Shown piece after piece: positions 7,731 through 15,921 of a stretch of 64,000 nucleotides of DNA (positions are counted from its first letter, which is position 1; each line of letters begins with the position of its first letter). Origin of the DNA: an uncultured virus (IMG/VR IMGVR_UViG_3300043428_000060) (lineage: Duplodnaviria; Heunggongvirae; Uroviricota; Caudoviricetes); IMG/VR virus record IMGVR_UViG_3300043428_000060, one strand, 5' to 3'. A program made the translations under genes and the position numbers. The notes beneath the pieces are model-generated. The model made no database searches, was not told the DNA's origin, and worked only from the letters and a program-made list of their open reading frames with translations.

Positions 7731-7931
7731 ATGACAGCAGTAGAATGGTTACACGAAAAATTAGCAAAGTCCTCGCAAGAGGAGCTAGTTAGTAATATAA
7801 ATCTATGGTTTAAACAAGCCAAAGAAATGGAGAAAGAAAATGCTTTACGTTTTGGTGCTAAATGTTGTATTATGACAACACAAAAAAACGATTGGACTTT
7901 AGAAAATTTATATAACGAAACATTTAATTAA
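7731..7931 (+). CDS. MTAVEWL/QAKEMEK-type small protein
   Basis: Paralogous to 6548..6721. Confidence 0.75.
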   Translation: MTAVEWLHEKLAKSSQEELVSNINLWFKQAKEMEKENALRFGAKCCIMTTQKNDWTLENLYNETFN

Positions 7932-7935
7932 TAAT

Positions 7936-8193
7936 ATGAAAGAAGAAGAAATCGAAAGAATTGCAGAATTAGTATTCCAAAAGCTAGTAAAAAAGCAAGA
8001 AGAATGGGATAAAGAATTTATGCTAGAAATAAAAGATCAAGTTATTATGGATATTTCTATTAAAGGTACAACAGATATTCAAACTAGAATTGATAACTTG
8101 CAAGCCCATCTTGATAGGTTAATTGAAAAAGAATTGTATACTGAGGCGCAAGCCGTAAAAGAACGCATTGATGAACTTAAAAAAGAATTATAA
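7936..8193 (+). CDS. protein with a C-terminal UVR (UvrB/C) motif
   Basis: LQAHLDRLIEKELYTEAQAVKERIDELK. Confidence 0.6.
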   Translation: MKEEEIERIAELVFQKLVKKQEEWDKEFMLEIKDQVIMDISIKGTTDIQTRIDNLQAHLDRLIEKELYTEAQAVKERIDELKKEL

Positions 8194-8306
8194 TGAGCAA
8201 AGCGAAACAACTTGTTGAACAGTATGCTGAAGAATATCTCGAAGAGAAAATAATTTATGAAACGTTATATGGCATCGTTGAATATGAAAAATGCGACGTA
8301 AGCTAA
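8193..8306 (+). CDS. small hypothetical protein (37 aa)
   Basis: MSKAKQLVEQYAEEYLEEK...; TAATG coupling. Confidence 0.55.
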   Translation: MSKAKQLVEQYAEEYLEEKIIYETLYGIVEYEKCDVS

Positions 8307-8338
8307 TTAATTAATAATAGTAATAGGCTAATGTCACA
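8292..8338 (-). promoter_or_regulatory. 47-bp dyad site (copy 1) overlapping the start codon of the HTH gene
   Basis: Reverse complement TGTGACATTAGC-N23-GCTTACGTCGCA closely matches 63910-63955 and 62223-62268. Confidence 0.75.
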
Positions 8339-8954
8339 GTACGATAGAAAATTAGAACACTTGAATAAAAATAGAATAATATATCGGCAAAATCCTATAA
8401 CAGATAAACCAACACAAAAGTTTGACTGGGGTGACTATTACGAAAACGGCACGTTTGAATGTTACGATTTATTTAGAAGCAAAGCTAAGATAACCACATA
8501 CAAATCATTAAAATGGCATTTATATGTTTTATGGTATCTTAATCATCAAATGAATCAAGATCAGTTTATTGAGGTTGCAAGGTTTATCTGCGATAAAACA
8601 AACGGATTTGTTACTTTTAATGTTAGCGAGCAATTGTTACAAAGTATGGTTTACGATGTTAGTTTACAAGATCTAGAAGAACCACCACCAAATAAGAATC
8701 GTAAGATTATATTTAAGGACAATTCCGGGCTTAGTTTAAACGAGAAACTATCTATAGTTGGACAAATAGCAGGCAAGAGTAAAATAGTCTCAGATTCGGA
8801 CATATATGACGCGATGCTATACATGCATGATGCAGATCAAAAGATCACGATTAAAAAGATTGCGGATTATTTCCAATGTACAACCAGAACAATACATCGT
8901 AATATGAGTAACGAATTAAAAAAAGAAAAAGAATTACTAAACCAAAGCTTATGA
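8331..8954 (+). CDS. DNA-binding protein with a C-terminal HTH (possible regulator or replication initiator)
   Basis: KITIKKIADYFQCTTRTIHRNM is a typical HTH; the central helical part is reminiscent of a PriCT-type domain. Confidence 0.7.
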   Translation: MSQYDRKLEHLNKNRIIYRQNPITDKPTQKFDWGDYYENGTFECYDLFRSKAKITTYKSLKWHLYVLWYLNHQMNQDQFIEVARFICDKTNGFVTFNVSEQLLQSMVYDVSLQDLEEPPPNKNRKIIFKDNSGLSLNEKLSIVGQIAGKSKIVSDSDIYDAMLYMHDADQKITIKKIADYFQCTTRTIHRNMSNELKKEKELLNQSL

Positions 8955-9163
8955 CACCAAAAGAAAAAGCAGGTCAATTGTTTTTTAAATATAGAAATTT
9001 AGAAAACAAAGATTCGTTTATAAATAATTATAATGCTAAAAAATGTGCATTAATCGCGGTTGATGAAATCATAAATAACTCTTTAGAATATATGGGTTGT
9101 GATTTAAATGATGGAGAAATAATTTATTGGGAAGAAGTTAAACAAGAAATAGAAAAGTTATGA
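8951..9163 (+). CDS. MTPKEKA-type small hypothetical protein
   Basis: ORF, ATGA-coupled. Confidence 0.75.
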   Translation: MTPKEKAGQLFFKYRNLENKDSFINNYNAKKCALIAVDEIINNSLEYMGCDLNDGEIIYWEEVKQEIEKL

Positions 9164-9345
9164 CACTCAAGCAAAAGTTTTTTGATATATACACTAGCTA
9201 TTACAAGAAAAGTAATGAATTAGATAAGATGGTTGAAGTAGCAGATGATTACGCTATTGAATTTGCAGAATATTTATCAGATTGGTATACAAAAAAAAGA
9301 TTAACTGAACTATTAAAGATATTTAAAGAAGAAAAAGGATTATGA
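9160..9345 (+). CDS. small hypothetical protein
   Basis: ORF, ATGA-coupled. Confidence 0.75.
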   Translation: MTLKQKFFDIYTSYYKKSNELDKMVEVADDYAIEFAEYLSDWYTKKRLTELLKIFKEEKGL

Positions 9346-9515
9346 AATTACAATTAGAAAGTTATAATATAAAATATACTGTAGAAACAGCAAATGATGA
9401 TCTTAATATAGAAGAATATGTTGATATATTGATAGGTATTTTGCATCAAGCAGGATTTCATAAAACGTCGATAGAGGAAGCTATTATAAGTTTAGCTGAT
9501 ACATATAAAGAATAA
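9342..9515 (+). CDS. small hypothetical protein (57 aa)
   Basis: Manual translation MKLQLESYNIKYTVE...; ATGA-coupled. Confidence 0.65.
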   Translation: MKLQLESYNIKYTVETANDDLNIEEYVDILIGILHQAGFHKTSIEEAIISLADTYKE

Positions 9516-9540
9516 TGCATCTCATATTGCGATATGAAAT

Positions 9541-9741
9541 ATGAAAGAGTTTATTAAATATACATTAGTTTGGGTATCATCTAATTTAGCCATACCATTC
9601 TGGACAATAGGTCACATTCATTTATCTATAAATATATATGAAGATATACATGAAATACTAATGTCCTGCGGAATGAATATAATAGTGTTAATAGGATTTA
9701 TAATAGAATATAAAAAAGAAAAAGATGAAACCAATACATAA
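9541..9741 (+). CDS. small two-TM membrane protein
   Basis: Two hydrophobic segments. Confidence 0.7.
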   Translation: MKEFIKYTLVWVSSNLAIPFWTIGHIHLSINIYEDIHEILMSCGMNIIVLIGFIIEYKKEKDETNT

Positions 9742-9880
9742 GTTTAATAATGAAGAAGGTGCTACATTATGTTATAGTTGCCATAATATAATAACATTGG
9801 GTTGGTCTGATGAAGTTCTTTGTAATAAGTGTAAAGGTTATGCGGAATCAAAGGAAAAAGAAAATTTAGCAAAAGATTAG
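9725..9880 (+). CDS. small zinc-finger protein (51 aa)
   Basis: MKPIHKFNN...CYSC...CNKC. Confidence 0.6.
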   Translation: MKPIHKFNNEEGATLCYSCHNIITLGWSDEVLCNKCKGYAESKEKENLAKD

Positions 9881-9910
9881 CATTAGGTAAATTAAATAGT
9901 TGTATCTTCG
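9877..9910 (+). promoter_or_regulatory. possible host-type Bacteroidetes promoter for the sigma gene
   Basis: TATCTTCG (9903-9910) is one mismatch from the TAnnTTTG -7 box; upstream TTAG is only a weak -33 match. Confidence 0.4.
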
Positions 9911-9927
9911 GTAATAAACTATTTAAT

Positions 9928-10695
9928 ATGAAAAGTTATAATATAGATAATTATTTGAGGTATAAAGAAGATCGAGATACTTCAATAGAAAAATTTCCGG
10001 AACAAGAGTTCTCTGCTAGTTGTTCACGAGACGAGTTAATTATTAAGTTCTTACCATTTGTTGAAAATATTGCAAGAAAGTTCTCCACTAGCCAGCAAGC
10101 GTCGGGAGTACTTGATATTACGGATTTAATTCAATATGGTTCAATAGGTTTAATACAAGCTGTTGATAAAATTGAATGGGACACAGTGAATCAAAGCGAG
10201 CATAAAGAAAGTACGCTTAAGTCATTTCTATCTAAAAGAATTAAAGGATCGATTAGAAGAGCTATAGATATTAACAGAGGCTCAATTAAGATCCCAGAGC
10301 ACAAGCTAAATGAAATAAGAAAAGATAATAGCAAGGACCACACGTTGGTTGCAATGTTTTTCAATTCAATATTCCTAAGCATCGATGAACAAATTGACGA
10401 TGATGATGAAGAGAATATGTTGTATCAAATACCGGATCAATCCGAAGTATACAATATAGGTTTAATGAATGCTTACTTAACTAGCTTGCTTAAGAAACAT
10501 TTAGACGATAAAGAGTTTGAAGTATTAAGATTAAGTTATGGTTTAGACTGTGACAAACATTCAGCTAATGAGATTGCTGACATATTAAATATAGACGGAG
10601 CTAGTGCTTATGTTAGAATATCTGAAATAAAGAAGCAAGCAATAAAAAAATTAGTTGATAATGTAGATGCGAATCAAGTTATTGATTATCTTTGA
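9928..10695 (+). CDS. phage RNA polymerase sigma-70 family factor
   Basis: Region 2: LPFVENIARKF...DLIQYGSIGLIQAVDK...RIKGSIRRAID; region 4: LDDKEFEVLRLSYGL...EIADILNI...RISEIKKQAIKKL. Confidence 0.93.
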   Translation: MKSYNIDNYLRYKEDRDTSIEKFPEQEFSASCSRDELIIKFLPFVENIARKFSTSQQASGVLDITDLIQYGSIGLIQAVDKIEWDTVNQSEHKESTLKSFLSKRIKGSIRRAIDINRGSIKIPEHKLNEIRKDNSKDHTLVAMFFNSIFLSIDEQIDDDDEENMLYQIPDQSEVYNIGLMNAYLTSLLKKHLDDKEFEVLRLSYGLDCDKHSANEIADILNIDGASAYVRISEIKKQAIKKLVDNVDANQVIDYL

Positions 10696-10721
10696 GAAGT
10701 AAACAATTAAATAACCTTTTG

Positions 10722-10746
10722 GTAAAAAAGTTATATTATACGTAAT
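10722..10746 (+). promoter_or_regulatory. class II (middle/late) phage promoter motif
   Basis: GTAA-N15-CGTAAT heading the replication operon. Confidence 0.75.
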
Positions 10747-10774
10747 TATATATTTATAACTAAACTATATAACT

Positions 10775-11173
10775 ATGAAAAATATTGACAAAGAAAATTG
10801 CCCTAAAGGTAATGAAATTAAAACTTGTAAAAAATGCGGATTTATTGGAACAAAATTTCCATTTTTTCATAGATCAAATATTAAAGGCAAAAACCAATAT
10901 GGCAATTGCAAAAAATGTGTTCAAGAGGGAACAAGAGCATGGCGTTATGGATTGTCTATTGATGAAATGAATAAATTATTAGATAGCATAACTCACTGTG
11001 AAATTTGCGAAACAGAATTTACAACTAATAGAAAAGTAATTGATCATTGCCATAAAGACAAGCATGTTAGGGGTATATTATGTGATCCATGTAATACCAC
11101 ATTAGGACAATTAGAAAAGACGAATGATATGTTATATAGGATGACGCATTATTTAAAAACAAGAAACAATTAA
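10775..11173 (+). CDS. endonuclease VII-family (HNH) putative homing endonuclease
   Basis: CEIC...IDHCHKDKHVRGILCDPCNTTLG. Confidence 0.88.
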   Translation: MKNIDKENCPKGNEIKTCKKCGFIGTKFPFFHRSNIKGKNQYGNCKKCVQEGTRAWRYGLSIDEMNKLLDSITHCEICETEFTTNRKVIDHCHKDKHVRGILCDPCNTTLGQLEKTNDMLYRMTHYLKTRNN

Positions 11174-11182
11174 ATTAAATAT

Positions 11183-11749
11183 ATGGAAAAAAAAGAAACA
11201 ATTAGAGAATTAACATTAAATGAAAAGTTATCGCTTATTCAAGTAGAAATGAAAGCTAAGAAGAGTAGGTTTAATAGTTTTGGTAAATACAATTTTAGAT
11301 CGGCAGAGGATCTGTTGGAAGCGGTTAAGCCCTATTTAACAAAGTATAATGTATCAGTGACAGTGACAGAAACTTTAATTACTAATAGTAACCACGGGTT
11401 TCCAATAATAGAATCAGTTGCTACAATATCTGATAACTTAGATCATATTAGCGCAACAGCGATTGTTGGTGTAGATCTTGATCAGAAAGGTATGCAAATG
11501 CCACAGAAGTTTGGTTCAGCATCTAGTTATGGTAAGAAGTATGCTTTAGGTAATCTATTCTTGATTGATGATACCCAAGATCCTGATCATGGCAAAGCAG
11601 ATCCAAAGCCAAAGGTTAAGATTGAAGTAGGTACAGAGACATTTGATAAAGCTAAAGCTTATGTTAAAGATCAAACAACATTAGATACTATTTTAAATAA
11701 GTACGATGTAGATCCAAAGGCGATTGAAGAACTTAAAAAATTAATCTAA
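11183..11749 (+). CDS. ERF-family single-strand annealing protein
   Basis: FGKYNFRSAEDLL...QKFGSASSYGKKYALGNLF..DDTQDPD. Confidence 0.88.
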   Translation: MEKKETIRELTLNEKLSLIQVEMKAKKSRFNSFGKYNFRSAEDLLEAVKPYLTKYNVSVTVTETLITNSNHGFPIIESVATISDNLDHISATAIVGVDLDQKGMQMPQKFGSASSYGKKYALGNLFLIDDTQDPDHGKADPKPKVKIEVGTETFDKAKAYVKDQTTLDTILNKYDVDPKAIEELKKLI

Positions 11750-12480
11750 TGACTAAAGAAGAAATTTTAGAGAAGCTAAGGGACGACCAACATTATTATG
11801 GCGAATTTGGAAAACAATTTCTTAGCAACTCTAATATAAGTTCATTACTAACTAATCCGTTAGAGATGAATGCACCTCAAGCGCCTAATCCAAATTTTGC
11901 AATTGGCGGTTATTTTCACACTGCAATATTGGAACCCGATAAGCTACATAAATACAAGATAATTAACACAACTACCCGTAACACTAACGTTTACAAAGAG
12001 TTATCTGGTGGTGAGATTTGTTTATTACAACACGAAGTTGATAATATCGAACTACTGAAAGATAAAATGTTAGCTAACAAAGTATGTGAAGGTCTTATAA
12101 GAGGTTTCAATGTTGAGTATGAAGTTCCTGGAATTGTTGACATTAACAATGTGATGTGGAAAGGTAAGGCCGATATTATAAACCATGACGAAGGTTTAAT
12201 AGTCGATCTTAAAACAACATCAGATCTATCAGGGTTTGCTTATTCCGCAAAGAAATATAATTACGATAGTCAAGCTTACATTTATAAAAAGTTGTTTGGT
12301 TACGATTTAATTTTCATTGCAATAGATAAAAAGTCGCATCAAATTGGTATCTTTGACTGTTCTGATAAATTTTTACAAGGAGGTGAAGATAAAGTAATGA
12401 AAGCTATTGATGCATACAATTTATTTTTTAAGACTGAAGACTTTGATCCTCAACAACATTTATTAACTAAAACATTATAA
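11749..12480 (+). CDS. PD-(D/E)XK exonuclease (RecE/exonuclease VIII-like)
   Basis: KGKADII...IVDLKTT...YNYDSQAYIY. Confidence 0.85.
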   Translation: MTKEEILEKLRDDQHYYGEFGKQFLSNSNISSLLTNPLEMNAPQAPNPNFAIGGYFHTAILEPDKLHKYKIINTTTRNTNVYKELSGGEICLLQHEVDNIELLKDKMLANKVCEGLIRGFNVEYEVPGIVDINNVMWKGKADIINHDEGLIVDLKTTSDLSGFAYSAKKYNYDSQAYIYKKLFGYDLIFIAIDKKSHQIGIFDCSDKFLQGGEDKVMKAIDAYNLFFKTEDFDPQQHLLTKTL

Positions 12481-12495
12481 TTAAATTAAATAAAC

Positions 12496-12687
12496 ATGAG
12501 TAACAAAAGAAACACAAAAGAAGCTGTTGCAACAAGAGTTTGTACAGTATCAGGTTTAACAAGACCAACAACAGAGTTCTATAAAGGACAGAACCATTTA
12601 AAAGCTATTGATAACTTAAGAAGAAATTCAGGAGCTACTAAAGATCAAATGAGAAGAATGTTTAATAACCTACAAATAAATAACTAA
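12496..12687 (+). CDS. hypothetical protein
   Basis: Packed ORF. Confidence 0.7.
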   Translation: MSNKRNTKEAVATRVCTVSGLTRPTTEFYKGQNHLKAIDNLRRNSGATKDQMRRMFNNLQINN

Positions 12688-12688
12688 G

Positions 12689-13003
12689 ATGGCATCAATT
12701 TTAAAAACGAGCATTAACCTAAATGATATTCCAAAAGACAAAATCATTAATGGAAAAAAAGGGAAGTATCTTCCTATTACCATTACACTTAACGACGAGG
12801 TGGATCAATTCGGCAATCAAGGTCCAGTCCTTGTTGAACAGTCCAAAGAAGAGCGTGACGCTAAGGTGGCGAAAGTATACTTAGGAAATGTTAAGGTTGT
12901 ATGGACTAACGGCACAAACGTTGCGGCAGCTCCAAGACAAGACGTAGGCGCTCCGGTAACACAAAGAGCACCAGCAGTTGTTGAAGATGATCTTCCGTTT
13001 TAA
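12689..13003 (+). CDS. ssb: single-stranded DNA-binding protein
   Basis: Beta-rich body, acidic tail EDDLPF, position between recombination genes and primase. Confidence 0.75.
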   Translation: MASILKTSINLNDIPKDKIINGKKGKYLPITITLNDEVDQFGNQGPVLVEQSKEERDAKVAKVYLGNVKVVWTNGTNVAAAPRQDVGAPVTQRAPAVVEDDLPF

Positions 13004-13148
13004 GGTTATAGCCTTAAAATAAAATAAAAATTTAAGGTTATAGCCTTAAAAAAAATTGTATTACTTATGATGCGTTATAATATTTTTTATATCTTAGCGC
13101 ATCATATTTAGTGCAAAACAAGCCAAAATGTCCATAATATAAGACATT
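12998..13148. repeat. cluster of short imperfect palindromes
   Basis: TTTAAGGTTATAGCCTTAAA twice (12999, 13031), TTATAATGCGTTATAA (13065), AATGTC-N10-GACATT (13127). Confidence 0.75.
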
Positions 13149-13168
13149 AACAAATTAAATTTTTTCCT

Positions 13169-14884
13169 ATGAATGTAGAGACAGTTGAAATTAATGGGTT
13201 TTTGATTGATGAATTTAATCAACATAAACTTGAAGAAGGTAAGACGCAAGGTATATGTCCTTTGTGTTCCCCAGACAGAAAACCTAAGAATGAAAAAGCC
13301 AAATGCGCTAGCTATGATTGGCAACGTGGTATCGGAACCTGCCACAATTGTAATAAAACATTTCAACTACACACTTACCAACGTAAAGGTAAATCTGAAA
13401 AAGTATATGAGAAACCTGAACCGGTTGCTATACACGAAGTCAGTTCAAAAGTTGAAGAATGGTTCAAAACAAGAGGAATTTCAAAAGACACATTAACAGA
13501 ACTTAAGGTTACCGAAGGTTCAGAATTCATGCCACAAACGAGTAAGGTTGAAAACGTAATAAGGTTTAATTACTTTATAGGAGATCAACTTATAAATGTT
13601 AAGTATAGAGATGGTAGAAAGAATTTTAAACTATATAAAGGTGCTGAAAAAGTTTTCTACAATATTAATAGCATCGTTGGTTATGAGTATTGTGTTATCG
13701 TTGAAGGTGAAATGGATGTGCTTGCGCTGCATGAAGCAGGTATAACAAATGCAATATCTGTTCCTAATGGAGCTACCCTTAATAATAATAATCTTGACTA
13801 CTTAGATAGTTGCATAGATTATTTCGAAGACAAATCAAAGATAATTATAGCGGTTGATTCAGACGAAGCAGGTCAAGCGTTGCAAGTTGAATTAGTCAGA
13901 AGATTAGGATCTGAAATATGTTACTTAGCTACATTTGAAGACTGTAAAGACGCTAATGAATACTTATTAAAGTATGGAAAAGAAAGACTATCACAGAGAA
14001 TTTCAAGAGCAAAGCCTGTACCACTTGAGAACGTTGTCACATTTAGAGATCTCGAAAATGAAGTTACTGACTTTGTTCGTAACGGTTTTAAGCCGGGATT
14101 TCAAGTTGGCCTTCCAAATTTTGATGAAATCTTTTCAACTTATACTGGCCAATTCATTACTGTCACTGGTATTCCGTCTTCCGGTAAAAGTGATTTTGTC
14201 GACCAAATGGTTGTGGGTTATAATCGAAACTACGGCTGGAAAACCGCATTTGCATCTCCTGAAAATACACCAGCTTACTTACACGCGCACAAATTAATGC
14301 GTAAAGTTTGGGAAGGTATGCCATCACAAGATGATATTGGTGGGGATCGTTGGAATCAAATAGCGGATCATTGCAATGCTAATTTCTTTCACATCGACAT
14401 GGAACGTTACACTTTAGAATCTGTATTACGTAAAGGAGCTGAATTAGTTAAGCGTAAAGGCATTAAATGTTTAGTTATAGATCCATTTAATAAAGTAAGA
14501 GATGTTGATGCTAAGACAGAAGATGTCAATAAGTATACAATGGAATACTTGCAGAAAATTGAAATCTTTGCTAAGAAGTACGATGTGCTAGTATTTATTG
14601 TTGCACATCCAACTAAGATGTATAAAGGTTCTGATGGTAAGATTGAAGAGCCTACGATGTACAACATTAAAGGAGGCGGCGAATGGTACGATGCTTCTTA
14701 TCATGGATTGTTAGTCCATAGAGATTACGAAAACAAAACTGTTAAATGTAAAGTATTAAAAGTTAAGTTTCAAAATCTTGGAGAGAACGGAGCTGAGGCA
14801 CATTTCAAATGGGAACCAAACTCAGGATGCTTTATACCACACGTGCCATTAGATGTATCGGGAGAAAAATTGCCTTGGGAATAA
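13169..14884 (+). CDS. T7 gp4/Twinkle-type DNA primase-helicase
   Basis: Zn finger CPLC..CHNC, TOPRIM EGEMD and DSD, Walker A GIPSSGKS, LVIDP, VAHP. Confidence 0.95.
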   Translation: MNVETVEINGFLIDEFNQHKLEEGKTQGICPLCSPDRKPKNEKAKCASYDWQRGIGTCHNCNKTFQLHTYQRKGKSEKVYEKPEPVAIHEVSSKVEEWFKTRGISKDTLTELKVTEGSEFMPQTSKVENVIRFNYFIGDQLINVKYRDGRKNFKLYKGAEKVFYNINSIVGYEYCVIVEGEMDVLALHEAGITNAISVPNGATLNNNNLDYLDSCIDYFEDKSKIIIAVDSDEAGQALQVELVRRLGSEICYLATFEDCKDANEYLLKYGKERLSQRISRAKPVPLENVVTFRDLENEVTDFVRNGFKPGFQVGLPNFDEIFSTYTGQFITVTGIPSSGKSDFVDQMVVGYNRNYGWKTAFASPENTPAYLHAHKLMRKVWEGMPSQDDIGGDRWNQIADHCNANFFHIDMERYTLESVLRKGAELVKRKGIKCLVIDPFNKVRDVDAKTEDVNKYTMEYLQKIEIFAKKYDVLVFIVAHPTKMYKGSDGKIEEPTMYNIKGGGEWYDASYHGLLVHRDYENKTVKCKVLKVKFQNLGENGAEAHFKWEPNSGCFIPHVPLDVSGEKLPWE

Positions 14885-15151
14885 ATGGGCAGTGGAACTA
14901 AAGTTAGGAAAGGGCAGATTGATATGGGCAACTATATACAAAGCGCTAAAGAGCAAGAAGCAATGATGTGGTGCGTTAGAAATAATATCTTTATAGCACC
15001 ATTTGCTGAAAGCACAACTAAGTGGTATTTAGATATTACTATAAACGGTAAAAAGAATAGAAGCCCGGATGTACATACTAAAACTACTTTATGGAATCAA
15101 ATGTTTAAATATTATATATACTATTATGAAAAGTACAAAAAGAATGAGTAG
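14885..15151 (+). CDS. hypothetical protein
   Basis: Packed ORF. Confidence 0.7.
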   Translation: MGSGTKVRKGQIDMGNYIQSAKEQEAMMWCVRNNIFIAPFAESTTKWYLDITINGKKNRSPDVHTKTTLWNQMFKYYIYYYEKYKKNE

Positions 15152-15911
15152 CTATGAATACCAATACAGAAATATATTAAAAGATATATTGAGTATGGGC
15201 CATTTCAGAAACGACAGAACAGGCGTTGGATCTTATTCATTATTCAATGAAAGTTTGAAGATAGATCTTAAAGAAGGTTTCCCTTTATTAACTGGTAGAA
15301 AGATGTTTGAAAAAACATTTAAGACAGAATTTGATTGGTTTATTAATGGCGAAACAAATATAAAAAGGTTTCAAGATAATGGCATTAAAATCTGGGATGC
15401 TTGGGCAGATGAGAATGGAGATTTAGGGCCTGTTTATGGGCATCAATTAAGGAATTTCAATGGTGAATACTATGATCAACTTGCAATCCTTATAAACAAT
15501 CTTAAAACAGCTCCAGATAGCAGAAGACACATTATTAGTTTATGGAATCCATTGCAACTTGAAGAGATGGCATTGCCGCCTTGCTATTTGTATTTCCAAT
15601 TCTTTGTAGAAGGTGATGAATTAAATATGTTTGTTGTCCAAAGATCAGGGGATGTGTTATTAGGTATACCTTATGATGTTGCTTTGTTTGCTCAAATACA
15701 ATTATATATTGCAGAACAAACAGGATATAAAGCTTCTAGACTTGAAATGCAAATAATTGATGCTCACATTTATAAGAATCAAATTGATACCGTAAAACAG
15801 TATTTAGAACAAGAAACATTCTTATCTCCAAAGTATACTTATAAAGATGGAAAGTTAGAAATAAAAAATTATCAACACGGACCAAAAATAACTGCTGCAG
15901 TTGCAGTGTAA
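15144..15911 (+). CDS. thyA: thymidylate synthase
   Basis: NDRTGVG, GDLGPVYG, SRRH, MALPPC, QRSGD, DAHIY; ATG 15144 preferred as start. Confidence 0.96.
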   Translation: MSSYEYQYRNILKDILSMGHFRNDRTGVGSYSLFNESLKIDLKEGFPLLTGRKMFEKTFKTEFDWFINGETNIKRFQDNGIKIWDAWADENGDLGPVYGHQLRNFNGEYYDQLAILINNLKTAPDSRRHIISLWNPLQLEEMALPPCYLYFQFFVEGDELNMFVVQRSGDVLLGIPYDVALFAQIQLYIAEQTGYKASRLEMQIIDAHIYKNQIDTVKQYLEQETFLSPKYTYKDGKLEIKNYQHGPKITAAVAV

Positions 15912-15921
15912 ATTAAAAAAA

